From: a bacterium
Lineage (GTDB): Bacteria > Chloroflexota > Dormibacteria > Aeolococcales > Bog-877
Reading direction: 5' to 3'
DNA length: 64,000 bases
Assembly (NCBI GenBank): GCA_021791415.1
Contig: JAJYWQ010000064.1
Span: forward strand, 91,446-155,445
This document shows, one piece after another, positions 10,448-20,860 of this stretch; positions within the stretch are counted from its first letter, which is position 1; every line of letters starts with the position of its first letter. The notes below the pieces were generated by a model. That model was not told the DNA's origin and made no database searches. It saw only the letters and a list, made by a program, of their open reading frames with translations. Both the position numbers and the translations under genes were made by a program.

Positions 10448-11335
10448 GTGCCCGAGGCGGAACGGCCCCTGCCCCACGCCGCCCTGCGAGCGGGCCTCAA
10501 CGTCACCGCCGGGTTACTGCACCTCCTGGGGAGCCACAGGTACCGGCTGGCGGACGCGATGGCCAACTTCGCCTTCGCGGTCCAGCCCCGACGGAGAGCC
10601 ATCACCGCCGCCAACTTCCAGAAGGTTGTGCCGGGGCTGGACCGCCGCGCCGCGCGTCAGCTGGCCGCCCGCAGCTACCGCGAGTACGCCAGGACCGGAC
10701 TGGACTTCGTGTACGTCCACCGGCTGTCGCGCCCCCGGCTCATGTCCACCTTCGTGTCCTTCGGAGCGGAGAGGCTCCTCGACCTTCGACTGCGCGGGCA
10801 GGGGGCGGTGCTGGTTCTCTTCCACCTCGGTACCTGGGACGCCGGCGGTGCTTACGCCACGGCCATCGGGCTGCCGCTCACGGTGGTGATGGCGGACGAG
10901 GGCTCCGCAGCCATCCGCGACCTGGTGGTGTGGGCGCGGTCGGAGATGGGGATGCACACCGTGCTGGCCTCGCGCTCCCCTCGGGCCGTCCTGGCGGCGC
11001 TGCGCCGGGGGGAGGTGGTGGCGCTGGTGGCCGACATTCCCGGTGACACGCCCTCGCTGGAGGTGGAGTTCCTCGGCCATCTCACCGAGATCTCCGACCT
11101 CCCCTACCGGCTGGCGCAGCACACCGGCTGCCCGCTCCTCCCGGTGGTGGCGGTGCGCAGCCCGGCCGGGGGCTACTTCATCGAGGTGCACGATGCCGTC
11201 CAGGTGGCCCCGGGGGCCGATCCCCAGAGAGCGCTCCGCCCGATGATCGAGGTCTTCGAGCGCGCGGTCCGCCGCTGGCCCGAGCAGTGGTATCCGTTTG
11301 AGAAAGGACGTCTGCGTGACCCCAGACCAGCCTGA
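10448..11335 (+). CDS. Lysophospholipid acyltransferase family protein (PatA/LpxL-like)
   Basis: HLGTWD (H-x4-D) motif, ALVAD, VEFLG, VRRWPEQW. Confidence 0.82.
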   Translation: MPEAERPLPHAALRAGLNVTAGLLHLLGSHRYRLADAMANFAFAVQPRRRAITAANFQKVVPGLDRRAARQLAARSYREYARTGLDFVYVHRLSRPRLMSTFVSFGAERLLDLRLRGQGAVLVLFHLGTWDAGGAYATAIGLPLTVVMADEGSAAIRDLVVWARSEMGMHTVLASRSPRAVLAALRRGEVVALVADIPGDTPSLEVEFLGHLTEISDLPYRLAQHTGCPLLPVVAVRSPAGGYFIEVHDAVQVAPGADPQRALRPMIEVFERAVRRWPEQWYPFEKGRLRDPRPA

Positions 11336-12479
11336 GGATGGGCTGCGTGTGGCCCTCCTGGGGCACGCCGGGGGGCGGCGCGCGGACGGCCTCAGCAGCT
11401 ACACGGAGCAGGTGGCGCAAGGCCTGCGCCGGAGGGGCTGCGCCGTATACCTGCACCACGCCGCCGAGGACGGCCTTCTGGTGCCGGTGGCCCCGGAGAT
11501 GGCCACCTCATGGCCCACCCTGCGATTCAAGACCGTCACCATCCCCCGCTTGGGGTTTCGCCGCCGGATGGAGACGGCCATCGCTCGGCAACGGCCCCAG
11601 GTGACCCACTGCTCGTTGAGCTTCACCCTCGCCGACGGCTGGGTGGGAAAGCTGGCCCGCCGGCACGGCTCCGCCACTGTGGCCACCTTTCACATCCCCT
11701 TCGGCGCCGAGGGCACCGCCCGGGGGGTGGTCATGCGCCAGCTGCACCGCTTCTGGCTCTCGCGGCTGGGCGCGTACCAGCGGCTGGTGGTTTTCACCGA
11801 GGGCCACCGCCAGCGGCTGCTCCGGCTGGGGGCCGAGCCTGAGCGGGTCGTCGTCGTGCCCAACGCCGTCGACGTGGACCTCTTCCGGCCGCCGCTGGGA
11901 GGTCGTCAGCACCGGAAGTCGGGCGAGCTGGTCATCGGGTACCTGGGCCGCCTGGACCCGGAGAAGGGGATCGGCGCGCTGCTGGAGGGCTTCGCCTCAG
12001 CCCAGCTGTCGCCTTCGGCCCGGCTGGTGATCGCGGGGTCGGGCACCCTCTCCCCCCTGGTCCGACGCGCGGCGGCCGCCGACCCCCGGGTGTGCTACCG
12101 GGGCCAGCTGGTGGGCGCCGCCGCGCGCGTGGCCTTCTGGCAAGATGTCGACGCCTTCTGCCTGCCCTCCACAGCCGAGGGCCTCTCGATCTCTCTGCTG
12201 GAGGCCATGGCCAGCGGCTGCGCCGTGCTGGCCACGCCGGAGGGAGGGCTGGAGGTGGCGGCCGAAGGGGGGCTGGCGATCGACCCGGTTCGCCTGGCAG
12301 CCTCCGTGGGGGAGCGGCTCAGCCAGCTGGCCCAGGCCCCCGACCTCGCCGCCTCCCTGGGGGCGGCGGCTCGCAGACGGGCCCTGGAGCACCACGGTAT
12401 AGAACCGATGATCGACCGCCTTCTGGCAATCTATCGAGATTGCATGAGGGAGCTGGCAACGCCACCGGGGACCGCGTGA
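11316..12479 (+). CDS. Glycosyltransferase family 4
   Basis: VVPNAVD, GRLDPEKG, PSTAEGLSISLLEAMASG. Confidence 0.9.
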   Translation: MTPDQPEDGLRVALLGHAGGRRADGLSSYTEQVAQGLRRRGCAVYLHHAAEDGLLVPVAPEMATSWPTLRFKTVTIPRLGFRRRMETAIARQRPQVTHCSLSFTLADGWVGKLARRHGSATVATFHIPFGAEGTARGVVMRQLHRFWLSRLGAYQRLVVFTEGHRQRLLRLGAEPERVVVVPNAVDVDLFRPPLGGRQHRKSGELVIGYLGRLDPEKGIGALLEGFASAQLSPSARLVIAGSGTLSPLVRRAAAADPRVCYRGQLVGAAARVAFWQDVDAFCLPSTAEGLSISLLEAMASGCAVLATPEGGLEVAAEGGLAIDPVRLAASVGERLSQLAQAPDLAASLGAAARRRALEHHGIEPMIDRLLAIYRDCMRELATPPGTA

Positions 12480-13357
12480 CCGCAATAGGGAACTCGAAGA
12501 CCGCCCTGGTGGTGGACAGCGGCGCCTGCCTGCCGCCGGAGCTGGCGGAGGCTTCCCAGGTGACGGTGGTGCCCATGTCCATCGAAGTGGACGGGCGCGT
12601 CCTCCGCGATGGCCTGGACATCTCCAGCGAGGAGCTGTACGCCATGCTGAGGTCGTCCGGGGCGCTCCCCAGCAGCAGCTCCCCGAGCCCGGGCGAGTAC
12701 CTTCGGGCGTTCCGGGAGGCGGCGGCGGAAAGCGTCCTCTGTCTAACCATCCCGGGGGGCTTCTCGTCCATGGTGCGCTCGGCCCGGGTGGCGGCCGAGA
12801 TGCTGCGCGACGAGCAGCCGGGCAAGAGGGTGGAGGTGATGGACACCGGCACCGCCGCCGCCGGGTTCACCCTGGTGGCCGAGGCTGCCGCCGCCGCCTG
12901 CGCGGCCGGTCTGGAGCTGGAGCAGGTGGCGGGTCATGTGGCGCGGCTGGCGGCCTCGACGCGGGTCATCGCGGCGCTGGAGACGATGCGCTTTTTGGTG
13001 CGTTCCGGGAGGGTGCCGGCGCTGGCGGGCAGGGGCAGCGACCTGCTGCGGGTGCGCCCGGTCTTCGCCTTCGTCGGCGGCGATGTCCGCCGGCTGGGGC
13101 TGGTCCAGGGCACGAAAAGGGCCCTGCGGACCGTAGTCGACTCCCTTTACGAGCAGATGCCCCGGGAGGCACCGGTGCGGCTGGCCGCCTTCTGCGGGGA
13201 CGCCGCCTCCGCAATGGAGCCACTGGTGGAGGCTCTGAGAGGGCGGTTCGGGGTCAATGAAGTTGAGCAGCTCAGCCTCACCCCGGTGATCGCCCTCCAC
13301 ACCGGCCCCGGCCTGTTCGGTGCCGCGGCCATCTGCGACCTGCCCCTCCCGGAATGA
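12476..13357 (+). CDS. DegV/FakB fatty-acid-binding protein
   Basis: VVDSGACLP, SSSPSPG, LVRSGRV, PVIALHTGPG; GTGA overlap with the upstream stop. Confidence 0.88.
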   Translation: MTAIGNSKTALVVDSGACLPPELAEASQVTVVPMSIEVDGRVLRDGLDISSEELYAMLRSSGALPSSSSPSPGEYLRAFREAAAESVLCLTIPGGFSSMVRSARVAAEMLRDEQPGKRVEVMDTGTAAAGFTLVAEAAAAACAAGLELEQVAGHVARLAASTRVIAALETMRFLVRSGRVPALAGRGSDLLRVRPVFAFVGGDVRRLGLVQGTKRALRTVVDSLYEQMPREAPVRLAAFCGDAASAMEPLVEALRGRFGVNEVEQLSLTPVIALHTGPGLFGAAAICDLPLPE

Positions 13358-14019
13358 CCGGACCGCTCAGCGCCCCGGCGGGGGTCGCCTCCCTGTTCGC
13401 CGGTGCCTACCTCCTTGGGGGCGTGCCGGTGGGGTGGCTGGTGGGGCGCGCGGCGGGCGTGGACCTGCGCCGGGTGGGGACCGGCAAGATCGGCACCAGC
13501 AACCTCTATCGCACGGTGGGCCTGGGGCCGGCGGCGGTGGTGGGGCCGCTCCAGTTTGCCCAGGGGCTGGCGCCCGTGCTGACCGCCGACCTCCTTCGCA
13601 GCCCGAGCTGGGTCGCGGCCGGCGCCGGGCTGGCGGCGGTGATCGGCAACGGGTGGCCTTTCTACTTCCGCTACAACGGAGGCCGAGGGGTGGCCACCGC
13701 CACCGGGGCCATCGCCCTCTGGTCCTGGGTCGGCCTGGTGTGCCTGCTCGCCCTGCTGGCGGTGGGTGGTGGGATGCGGCGGAGTGGCCTCGGCGTGCTC
13801 ATGGGCTACCTCAGCCTGCCGGTGGTGCTGGCGGCCAGCCGCGATCCGCGCGCCTACCCCATCACTGCAGTTGGGGTGCTGCTGTGCCTGCTCCTGCGCC
13901 GCTTCGAGGGGTATCGTCTCTGGCCGCCGGGCCGGCGCGACCCCGGGGACGATTGGAAGCGCCGGCTGGTCGACGACTGGCGCCCCGGCCCGCAACAGGA
14001 ACAGGGCCTAAACTCGTAA
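13354..14019 (+). CDS. PlsY-like glycerol-3-phosphate acyltransferase (divergent motifs)
   Basis: DLRRVGTGKIGTSN and GNGWPFYFRYNGGRGVAT; multi-TM. Confidence 0.75.
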   Translation: MTGPLSAPAGVASLFAGAYLLGGVPVGWLVGRAAGVDLRRVGTGKIGTSNLYRTVGLGPAAVVGPLQFAQGLAPVLTADLLRSPSWVAAGAGLAAVIGNGWPFYFRYNGGRGVATATGAIALWSWVGLVCLLALLAVGGGMRRSGLGVLMGYLSLPVVLAASRDPRAYPITAVGVLLCLLLRRFEGYRLWPPGRRDPGDDWKRRLVDDWRPGPQQEQGLNS

Positions 14020-14021
14020 AC

Positions 14022-15437
<1,416 letters not shown>

Positions 15438-15450
15438 GCGGGGCGCGGCC

Positions 15451-15993
15451 TCACCCGGTGAGCGGCTGGGGCGTCAAGAGGGTGGCCACGTACCAGCGCC
15501 CGCCGAGTTCTTGGCAGACGATCTCGGAGGAGAGACCCAGCGGCTCGTGACTCAGGAGCTCGCAGGTGTAAGGGGCCCTGGAGGTCCTCCGGTAGCACAC
15601 CTCCAGCGCCACCTCGACCTGGGCCGTGGCCCCCTGAACGCTGGTCGGGCCGATCGAGGGGGAGACCAAGCGCACCCGGTCCCGGCGCAGGGCGCCGAGC
15701 ATGGCTGCGGCACTCTGGCGGTCCTTGGGGGCGAGGTACGACTCGAGGCCGGCCTGGGAGCCAGCAGCCGCGGCCTTGAGGTAGCCGGCGACGGCGGCCT
15801 GCGGCGACGCGTGGGAGGGGGCGGGCGCCGGGTGGGACACCACCAGCCGGAGGACGGCCAGCAGGCCCAGGCCCCCAAGCGCCAGCCCCGTGAACCTCCA
15901 GTTGGCCCGCGGGGTGGGAGGCCGCAAGTAGGGCATCTGGGAGGGCTGGACCGGGAGCTCCCGGCGCTCCTCGAAGGGGGGCATGCTGCTCAT
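15451..15993 (-). CDS. Membrane-anchored hypothetical protein, possible NTF2-like domain
   Basis: N-terminal TM, then SPQAAVAGYLKAAAAG...GRWYV pattern. Confidence 0.6.
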   Translation of the reverse strand: MSSMPPFEERRELPVQPSQMPYLRPPTPRANWRFTGLALGGLGLLAVLRLVVSHPAPAPSHASPQAAVAGYLKAAAAGSQAGLESYLAPKDRQSAAAMLGALRRDRVRLVSPSIGPTSVQGATAQVEVALEVCYRRTSRAPYTCELLSHEPLGLSSEIVCQELGGRWYVATLLTPQPLTG

Positions 15994-16120
15994 TCGAGTC
16001 TCCTAGCGTGGCAGGTCCACAGGTGGGATGTCAGCTGCGCCGAGGCGCCGGCGCCCCGGGTGGCGGCACCCAGCCCGCATGCCCGGCCACCGCGCCCCCG
16101 GTCGACTCCAGTGGAGCTGG

Positions 16121-16151
16121 GGAAACCAAACCGCTCCGGTGGGCGTTGCAG
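16121..16151 (+). promoter_or_regulatory. Putative ECF sigma promoter GGAAAC-N17-CGTT
   Basis: GGAAAC at 16121-16126, CGTTGCAG at 16144-16151; the same motif occurs at 62901-62930 on -. Confidence 0.65.
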
Positions 16152-16245
16152 AGATGGGCGCGGCGCGTGAAGTGCGCCTCCCCCGCCTGGCCGGCCCCGG
16201 CACGAAGCCGGGGACCCTGGCCCCGCGCCGCGCCCAACCGACATC

Positions 16246-18384
16246 ATGCGTGAACTGAATCCCGAGTCCCGCCAGCAACCGCGCCGGGGCCGTCGGCGTG
16301 GCGGCGCCTCGGCTCGCCACAGCCGGCAGGTCATAGGCCTGGCACTCCTGGCCATGCTGGTGGCGGTGGTTGCGCTGGCGGTGCCCACGACGGCGCTGGC
16401 CCGTGCCTACAGCTCGCTTCCGCCTGCCCGGCAGCTGCCCACGGACACCCTGGTGTACGGCCAGGGCAACCAGGTGGTGGCAGACCTCCATCCCCCCGGT
16501 ACCAGCCGGATCCCGGTGCCGCTGAACCAGATCGCGCCGGCAATGCAGAAAGCGGTGGTCGCCATCGAGGACCACAGCTTCTGGACGGCTCCCAGCTTCG
16601 ATGTCGGACGGATAGTCGAGGCGGGCATCTACGACCTGCTTCATCACAGCGCCGCCCAGGGCGCCAGCACCATCCCGGAGCAGGTGGCCAAACTCCTCTA
16701 CCTCACAGACAACAAGTCGATCACCTACAAGGTCAAGGAGATCCTCTACGGCAACGAGCTCACCTCGCACCTCACCCGCAGCCAGATCCTGGACGCCTAC
16801 CTGAATGACGTCTACTTCGGACAGGGAGCGACCGGGGTCCAGGCCGCCGCCGAGACCTACTTCGGGGTGAGCGCGGCCCAGCTCACCCTCCCCGAGGCCA
16901 CCCTGCTCGCCGGCCTCCTGCCAGCACCCTCCTACCTCGACCCCTTCAGCAACATGGCGGGGGCCCGCCTCCGCCAGCAGGCCGTTGTGGCCGCCATGGT
17001 CAAATACGGAGCACTGCCAGCCCGACAGGCTGCCGGGGTGCTGGCCAAGCCGCCCGCCCTCGGCTCGGGCAGCGAAGCCCAGGTCGACAACGCGCCCTAC
17101 TTCGTCGACCAGGTGCGGGTCTGGCTGCAGCAGCACTTCGGCTCTGGGTACGCCACCATGGGACTTCGCGTCTACACCAGCCTCAACGTGGCCCTGAACG
17201 AGAGGGCGCAACAGCTGGTGACGGCCGACATCGCCCGACACCAGGCGATGCACATGACCGACGGCGCGCTGGTGGCTGAGGATCCCGCCACCGGGCAGAT
17301 CGAGGTCTGGGTCGGCGGTGCCGGGCCCAACGTGCCGGGAGGGCAGATCGACATGGCGGCGGTGCCCCGACAGCCGGGGTCGACCTTCAAGCTCTTCACA
17401 TATTCCACCGCCATCGCGGACCACAAGGTCACCATGACCACCCCGGTCCTGGACAGTCCCTACAGCCTTCCCACCGGCGGGCCCGGCGGGGGGCCGTTCG
17501 TGGTGCACGACTATGAGGGGACCTATGCCGGGGTGGTGCCCATCCAGGTGGCACTGGGAAATTCGCTCAACGTGCCGGCCGTCCGCGTCGAACTCGCCAC
17601 CGGCATCCCGCAGATCCTGTCAACCGCCCGGGCGATGGGGGTGACCACCCTCAACGGGCCTGACTCCTCGTACGGGCCGAGCATGACGCTCGGGGCCTAT
17701 CCAGTTCCCCTCTGGGAGATGGCCCAGGCAGGGTCGGTGTTCGCCTCTCAGGGAGTGCTGCACCCGGCCCACCTCGTGAACTCGGTGGAGAGCCAGACGG
17801 GGCAGGTCCTGTACCAGGCTCCGACCGCCGCCACCCAGGTTCTGCCCCCCCAGGTCGCCTACATCATGAACACCATCCTGTCCCGTAATTCCAACCGGCT
17901 CCTGGCCTTCGGGCCAGACACCCCCCTGATCCTGCGGGGGCACACGGCGGCCGTGAAAACCGGGACCTCCAACAGCTATCGGGACAACCTGGCAGTCGGC
18001 TGGACGCCGCAGTTGGTGGGGGCAGACTGGGTCGGAAACGCCAACGACGCCCCTATGTACGGGGGCGGGCTGAACGGCATCAGTGGTGCCGCTTCGCTCT
18101 GGAACCAGTTCATGGAGGCCGCCCTGGCGGGAGCTCCCAACCGGTGGTACACGCCTCCGCAGGGGCTGGTCAGCCGGACCGTGGACGGTGAGGTCGACTA
18201 CTACCTGCCGGGGACGGGGCCGTCGACCAAGGTGCTCGGTGGTGGGACCTTGACCCCGTCACCGACTCCTACGCCGACCCCGGTCGTCACGCCCAGCCCG
18301 ACCCCGACCCCCCCAGCGTCCCCCTCTCCGCCCGCTCCGCCGTCGCCTTCGGGATCCCCCCAGGCCCCCGGTCCCGGGGGCTGA
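16246..18384 (+). CDS. Class A penicillin-binding protein (PBP1A-like)
   Basis: Transglycosylase motifs AIEDHSF, GASTIPEQ, YLNDVYFG; transpeptidase motifs STFK, SLN, KTGT; Pro-rich tail. Confidence 0.95.
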   Translation: MRELNPESRQQPRRGRRRGGASARHSRQVIGLALLAMLVAVVALAVPTTALARAYSSLPPARQLPTDTLVYGQGNQVVADLHPPGTSRIPVPLNQIAPAMQKAVVAIEDHSFWTAPSFDVGRIVEAGIYDLLHHSAAQGASTIPEQVAKLLYLTDNKSITYKVKEILYGNELTSHLTRSQILDAYLNDVYFGQGATGVQAAAETYFGVSAAQLTLPEATLLAGLLPAPSYLDPFSNMAGARLRQQAVVAAMVKYGALPARQAAGVLAKPPALGSGSEAQVDNAPYFVDQVRVWLQQHFGSGYATMGLRVYTSLNVALNERAQQLVTADIARHQAMHMTDGALVAEDPATGQIEVWVGGAGPNVPGGQIDMAAVPRQPGSTFKLFTYSTAIADHKVTMTTPVLDSPYSLPTGGPGGGPFVVHDYEGTYAGVVPIQVALGNSLNVPAVRVELATGIPQILSTARAMGVTTLNGPDSSYGPSMTLGAYPVPLWEMAQAGSVFASQGVLHPAHLVNSVESQTGQVLYQAPTAATQVLPPQVAYIMNTILSRNSNRLLAFGPDTPLILRGHTAAVKTGTSNSYRDNLAVGWTPQLVGADWVGNANDAPMYGGGLNGISGAASLWNQFMEAALAGAPNRWYTPPQGLVSRTVDGEVDYYLPGTGPSTKVLGGGTLTPSPTPTPTPVVTPSPTPTPPASPSPPAPPSPSGSPQAPGPGG

Positions 18385-18396
18385 TCGCCCGGTCCG

Positions 18397-18870
18397 TCAG
18401 GCGGTGGCGGCCTCGACGGTGGACAGGGCCCGCCGCCGGTCCGGCCGGGATTCGCGCAGGGGGGTGGTGGCCGCCAGGGCGTCCCCCACGGCCGATAGGA
18501 GCTGCCCGGAGCGGAACGGCTTCAAGAGGAAGGTGAACCCGCCCTCCTGCAGTGTGTCGCGCTGCTCCGGCTCAGGCGGGCGCGAACTGGTGAAGATCAC
18601 CGGGGTCCAGCTCCAACCCGGAGCTGAGAGCAGCCGACGGCAGAGGTCGAAAGCCCCGGCCTCGGAGATGTTCAGGTCAAGGATGGCGCAGGAGTAGGGA
18701 CCGGAGCGGGCCTGGGCGAGGGCCGAGCGCGGCGACTCCGCCTCAGCCACCTCGAATCCCAGCCGGCGCAAGATCGCTGCGGTGGCGGTGCGGGACCGGA
18801 GGTCACGGTCAGCGACCAGGATGGTCCTCGCCCCCTGGTGACGGGTGGGGACGAGGGCGGAACGGGGCAT
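18397..18870 (-). CDS. Single-domain response regulator receiver
   Basis: ILVADRD, AILDLNI, FLLKPF; TAGACT 7 nt upstream of ATG 18870. Confidence 0.8.
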   Translation of the reverse strand: MPRSALVPTRHQGARTILVADRDLRSRTATAAILRRLGFEVAEAESPRSALAQARSGPYSCAILDLNISEAGAFDLCRRLLSAPGWSWTPVIFTSSRPPEPEQRDTLQEGGFTFLLKPFRSGQLLSAVGDALAATTPLRESRPDRRRALSTVEAATA

Positions 18871-18906
18871 CGGGCGCAGTCTAGGTCCCCGGGCCGGCCT
18901 GCTTGT

Positions 18907-18940
18907 GCAAGTTCCTGAAGCAGTCCGGCAAATTCCTGTA
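18907..18940. promoter_or_regulatory. Direct repeat GCAARTTCCTG, two copies, 21-bp period
   Basis: GCAAGTTCCTG at 18907-18917 and GCAAATTCCTG at 18928-18938, in an AT-richer intergenic patch. Confidence 0.55.
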
Positions 18941-19022
18941 ACGGCCTGGGTGCGCCCGGCCACGGCGGCGTCGCAGCCCCGACCTGCGCCCTCCGGAGGG
19001 AGCTGGCCGGACTCACCGGGCG

Positions 19023-20576
19023 GTGGAGAAGAGGCAGGAGGAGCTGCTCTGGCTGCTGGCCCCGGCCGCGGTGGTGGGCACGGCGGTGGTGGCCTCCGCG
19101 CTCCGCGGGGGGGCCCTGGGGGGGCCACCTACCGGGCCACGGCTGGCCGGCCTGGGAGCGGCCCTGGGGGTGGTCGTGACGATCGGGGCCCTCACCTGGG
19201 TGAGTCGGCCACGCACCTCCCTCCGCCCCGGATCGCTGGGGGGAGCGCGCACCGCCCGGCTTCTCGAGCTCCGTCGGCTCTGGCACGGTGGGAAGGCACG
19301 GGTCCGGTTGGGACGGGTCGGGCCGGTGATCGTCCGCCTGCCGGAGGATGAGCACCTGCTGGTGCTAGGCCCCACCGGGTCGGGCAAGTCCAGCTCGCTG
19401 GCGATTCCCGCGATCCTGGAGTGGCCCGGCCCGGTGGTGGTCACCGACCCGAAGGGGGAGCTGCTGGCCCGGACCCTGGCGGCGCGGGAGCGGCGGGGCC
19501 CAGCCGCAGTCTTCGCTCCCCTCATGGAGCCCGGGGACGGCTGGAACCCGGTGAGCTCCATCACCAGCTCGGACGACGCCCTGCGCAGCGCTGGCTTCCT
19601 GCTCGGCCGTCCGCCGGACCGCGAGCCCTTCTGGCACGACCTGGCGCTTCAGCTGCTGCACGGGCTGCTGGTGGAGGCCGCCAGCGCCGGCCTCACCCTG
19701 AGTGACATCCTCGCCCTCCTTCAGCAGGTCCCGGCCGAGGAGGTGGCCGAGGAGCTCAGTCACCCGCTGGCCCGGCAGCTGGTCCAGGGTGCCCTGAGCG
19801 GCGGGGACCGGACCGCCATGGGCGTCGTCGCCACCCTGGTGTCCAAATTGGGGGTGTTCGGCAGCGATCAGGTGGCGCACACCACGGCCCGGAGCACCTT
19901 CGATCCACGCTGGCTGGCGAGTGGCCGGTTGAACAGCCTCTACTGCGTGGTCAGCCCCACTGACGCCCCGCTGGTGCGGGGGCTGCTGAGCGCCCTGCTG
20001 TCCGCCTGCTGGCGGGCGGTGTACGCCAGTCCGCCGCCGCTCCCGGTGCTCTTCGTCCTGGACGAGTTCGCTCAGCTGACGGCCCTGCCCGAGCTGCCCT
20101 CGCTGGTGCAGCTGGGCCGCACCCAGGGGGTGCGGATGGTGCTTCTGGCCCAGGACCTCGCCTCGATCTCGGCCCTGTACGGGGCGGAGGCGGTGACCGC
20201 CCTCTGGGCCAACTGCCGGACCAAACTCCTTCTCCCCGGCATCTCGGAGGTGGATCTGCTGGAACGCGCCAGCCGGCTGGTGGGCTCCGCCACCCTGCAC
20301 TCCGCGGAAGGTGGCCACCCGTTGCAGGCCCATCCGTACCTGCCTCCGGACGGGATCAGGCGGCTGCGGCAAGGGCGCGCCCTGATCCTCCGTGCGAGCG
20401 ACCATCCGGCACTGGTACGCCAGCTTCCCTGGTACTCCGACCGCCGGATGCGGGCGGCTGCCGCCGCCGGCACCCCTGACGAGCGCTTGCCCAGAGCGGC
20501 GACGGGACGCCCCATCACCATCGCACAGGGGCCCCGGCCGATCGCCTGGGCGCAGCCACGAGGTGGGGCCCGTTGA
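19023..20576 (+). CDS. Type IV coupling protein (VirD4/TraG-like)
   Basis: Two N-terminal TMs, Walker A GPTGSGKS, VVTDPKGEL, Walker B FVLDEFAQL, LLAQDLASI, ANCRTK. Confidence 0.9.
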   Translation: MEKRQEELLWLLAPAAVVGTAVVASALRGGALGGPPTGPRLAGLGAALGVVVTIGALTWVSRPRTSLRPGSLGGARTARLLELRRLWHGGKARVRLGRVGPVIVRLPEDEHLLVLGPTGSGKSSSLAIPAILEWPGPVVVTDPKGELLARTLAARERRGPAAVFAPLMEPGDGWNPVSSITSSDDALRSAGFLLGRPPDREPFWHDLALQLLHGLLVEAASAGLTLSDILALLQQVPAEEVAEELSHPLARQLVQGALSGGDRTAMGVVATLVSKLGVFGSDQVAHTTARSTFDPRWLASGRLNSLYCVVSPTDAPLVRGLLSALLSACWRAVYASPPPLPVLFVLDEFAQLTALPELPSLVQLGRTQGVRMVLLAQDLASISALYGAEAVTALWANCRTKLLLPGISEVDLLERASRLVGSATLHSAEGGHPLQAHPYLPPDGIRRLRQGRALILRASDHPALVRQLPWYSDRRMRAAAAAGTPDERLPRAATGRPITIAQGPRPIAWAQPRGGAR

Positions 20577-20860
20577 CCGAGCTGACAACCTTTGCGACCG
20601 GCCTGAACAACCTCATCCACACGGTGACCACCCTGGCCCTGGGGGCGGTGGCGGTCCTTTGCCTCAGCTTCGCGGCGATCCGCTACATGACCTCACTCGA
20701 CAACAGCCAGCGCCGGGCGGCCGCCATCCAGGGTCTGGTGACCGTCCTCCTGGGCGTTCTCCTGCTGGTGAACGAGGGGGCCATCCTGACCTTCGTCGAG
20801 GGGCTGACCGGCAGCAACACCGCCTGCGCGACCGCAACCTGTTCGGCGAGCGGCCCCTGA
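20573..20860 (+). CDS. VirB2/TrbC-like pilin
   Basis: 95 aa; two hydrophobic helices separated by a short polar/basic loop; coupled to virD4. Confidence 0.65.
   Translation: MTELTTFATGLNNLIHTVTTLALGAVAVLCLSFAAIRYMTSLDNSQRRAAAIQGLVTVLLGVLLLVNEGAILTFVEGLTGSNTACATATCSASGP

Noticed and set aside
13320..14021. N-terminal extensions in the ORF track (fumC from 13320, VirB6 from 20392, MFS from 25625, RDD from 44447, membrane protein from 50706)
   Set aside because: They overlap real genes in other frames; downstream starts are better supported by motifs, coupling or -10 boxes. They are not fusions.
16085..16245. c-di-AMP (ydaO) riboswitch upstream of PBP1A
   Set aside because: Only GGGGAAACC resembles it; the other conserved blocks are missing and the ECF promoter explains the motif. 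An Infernal search with RF00379 would settle it.
18250..18380. Pro/Thr-rich repetitive DNA here and at 56421-56483 as a CRISPR or structured repeat
   Set aside because: In-frame low-complexity linkers with no spacers and no cas genes.
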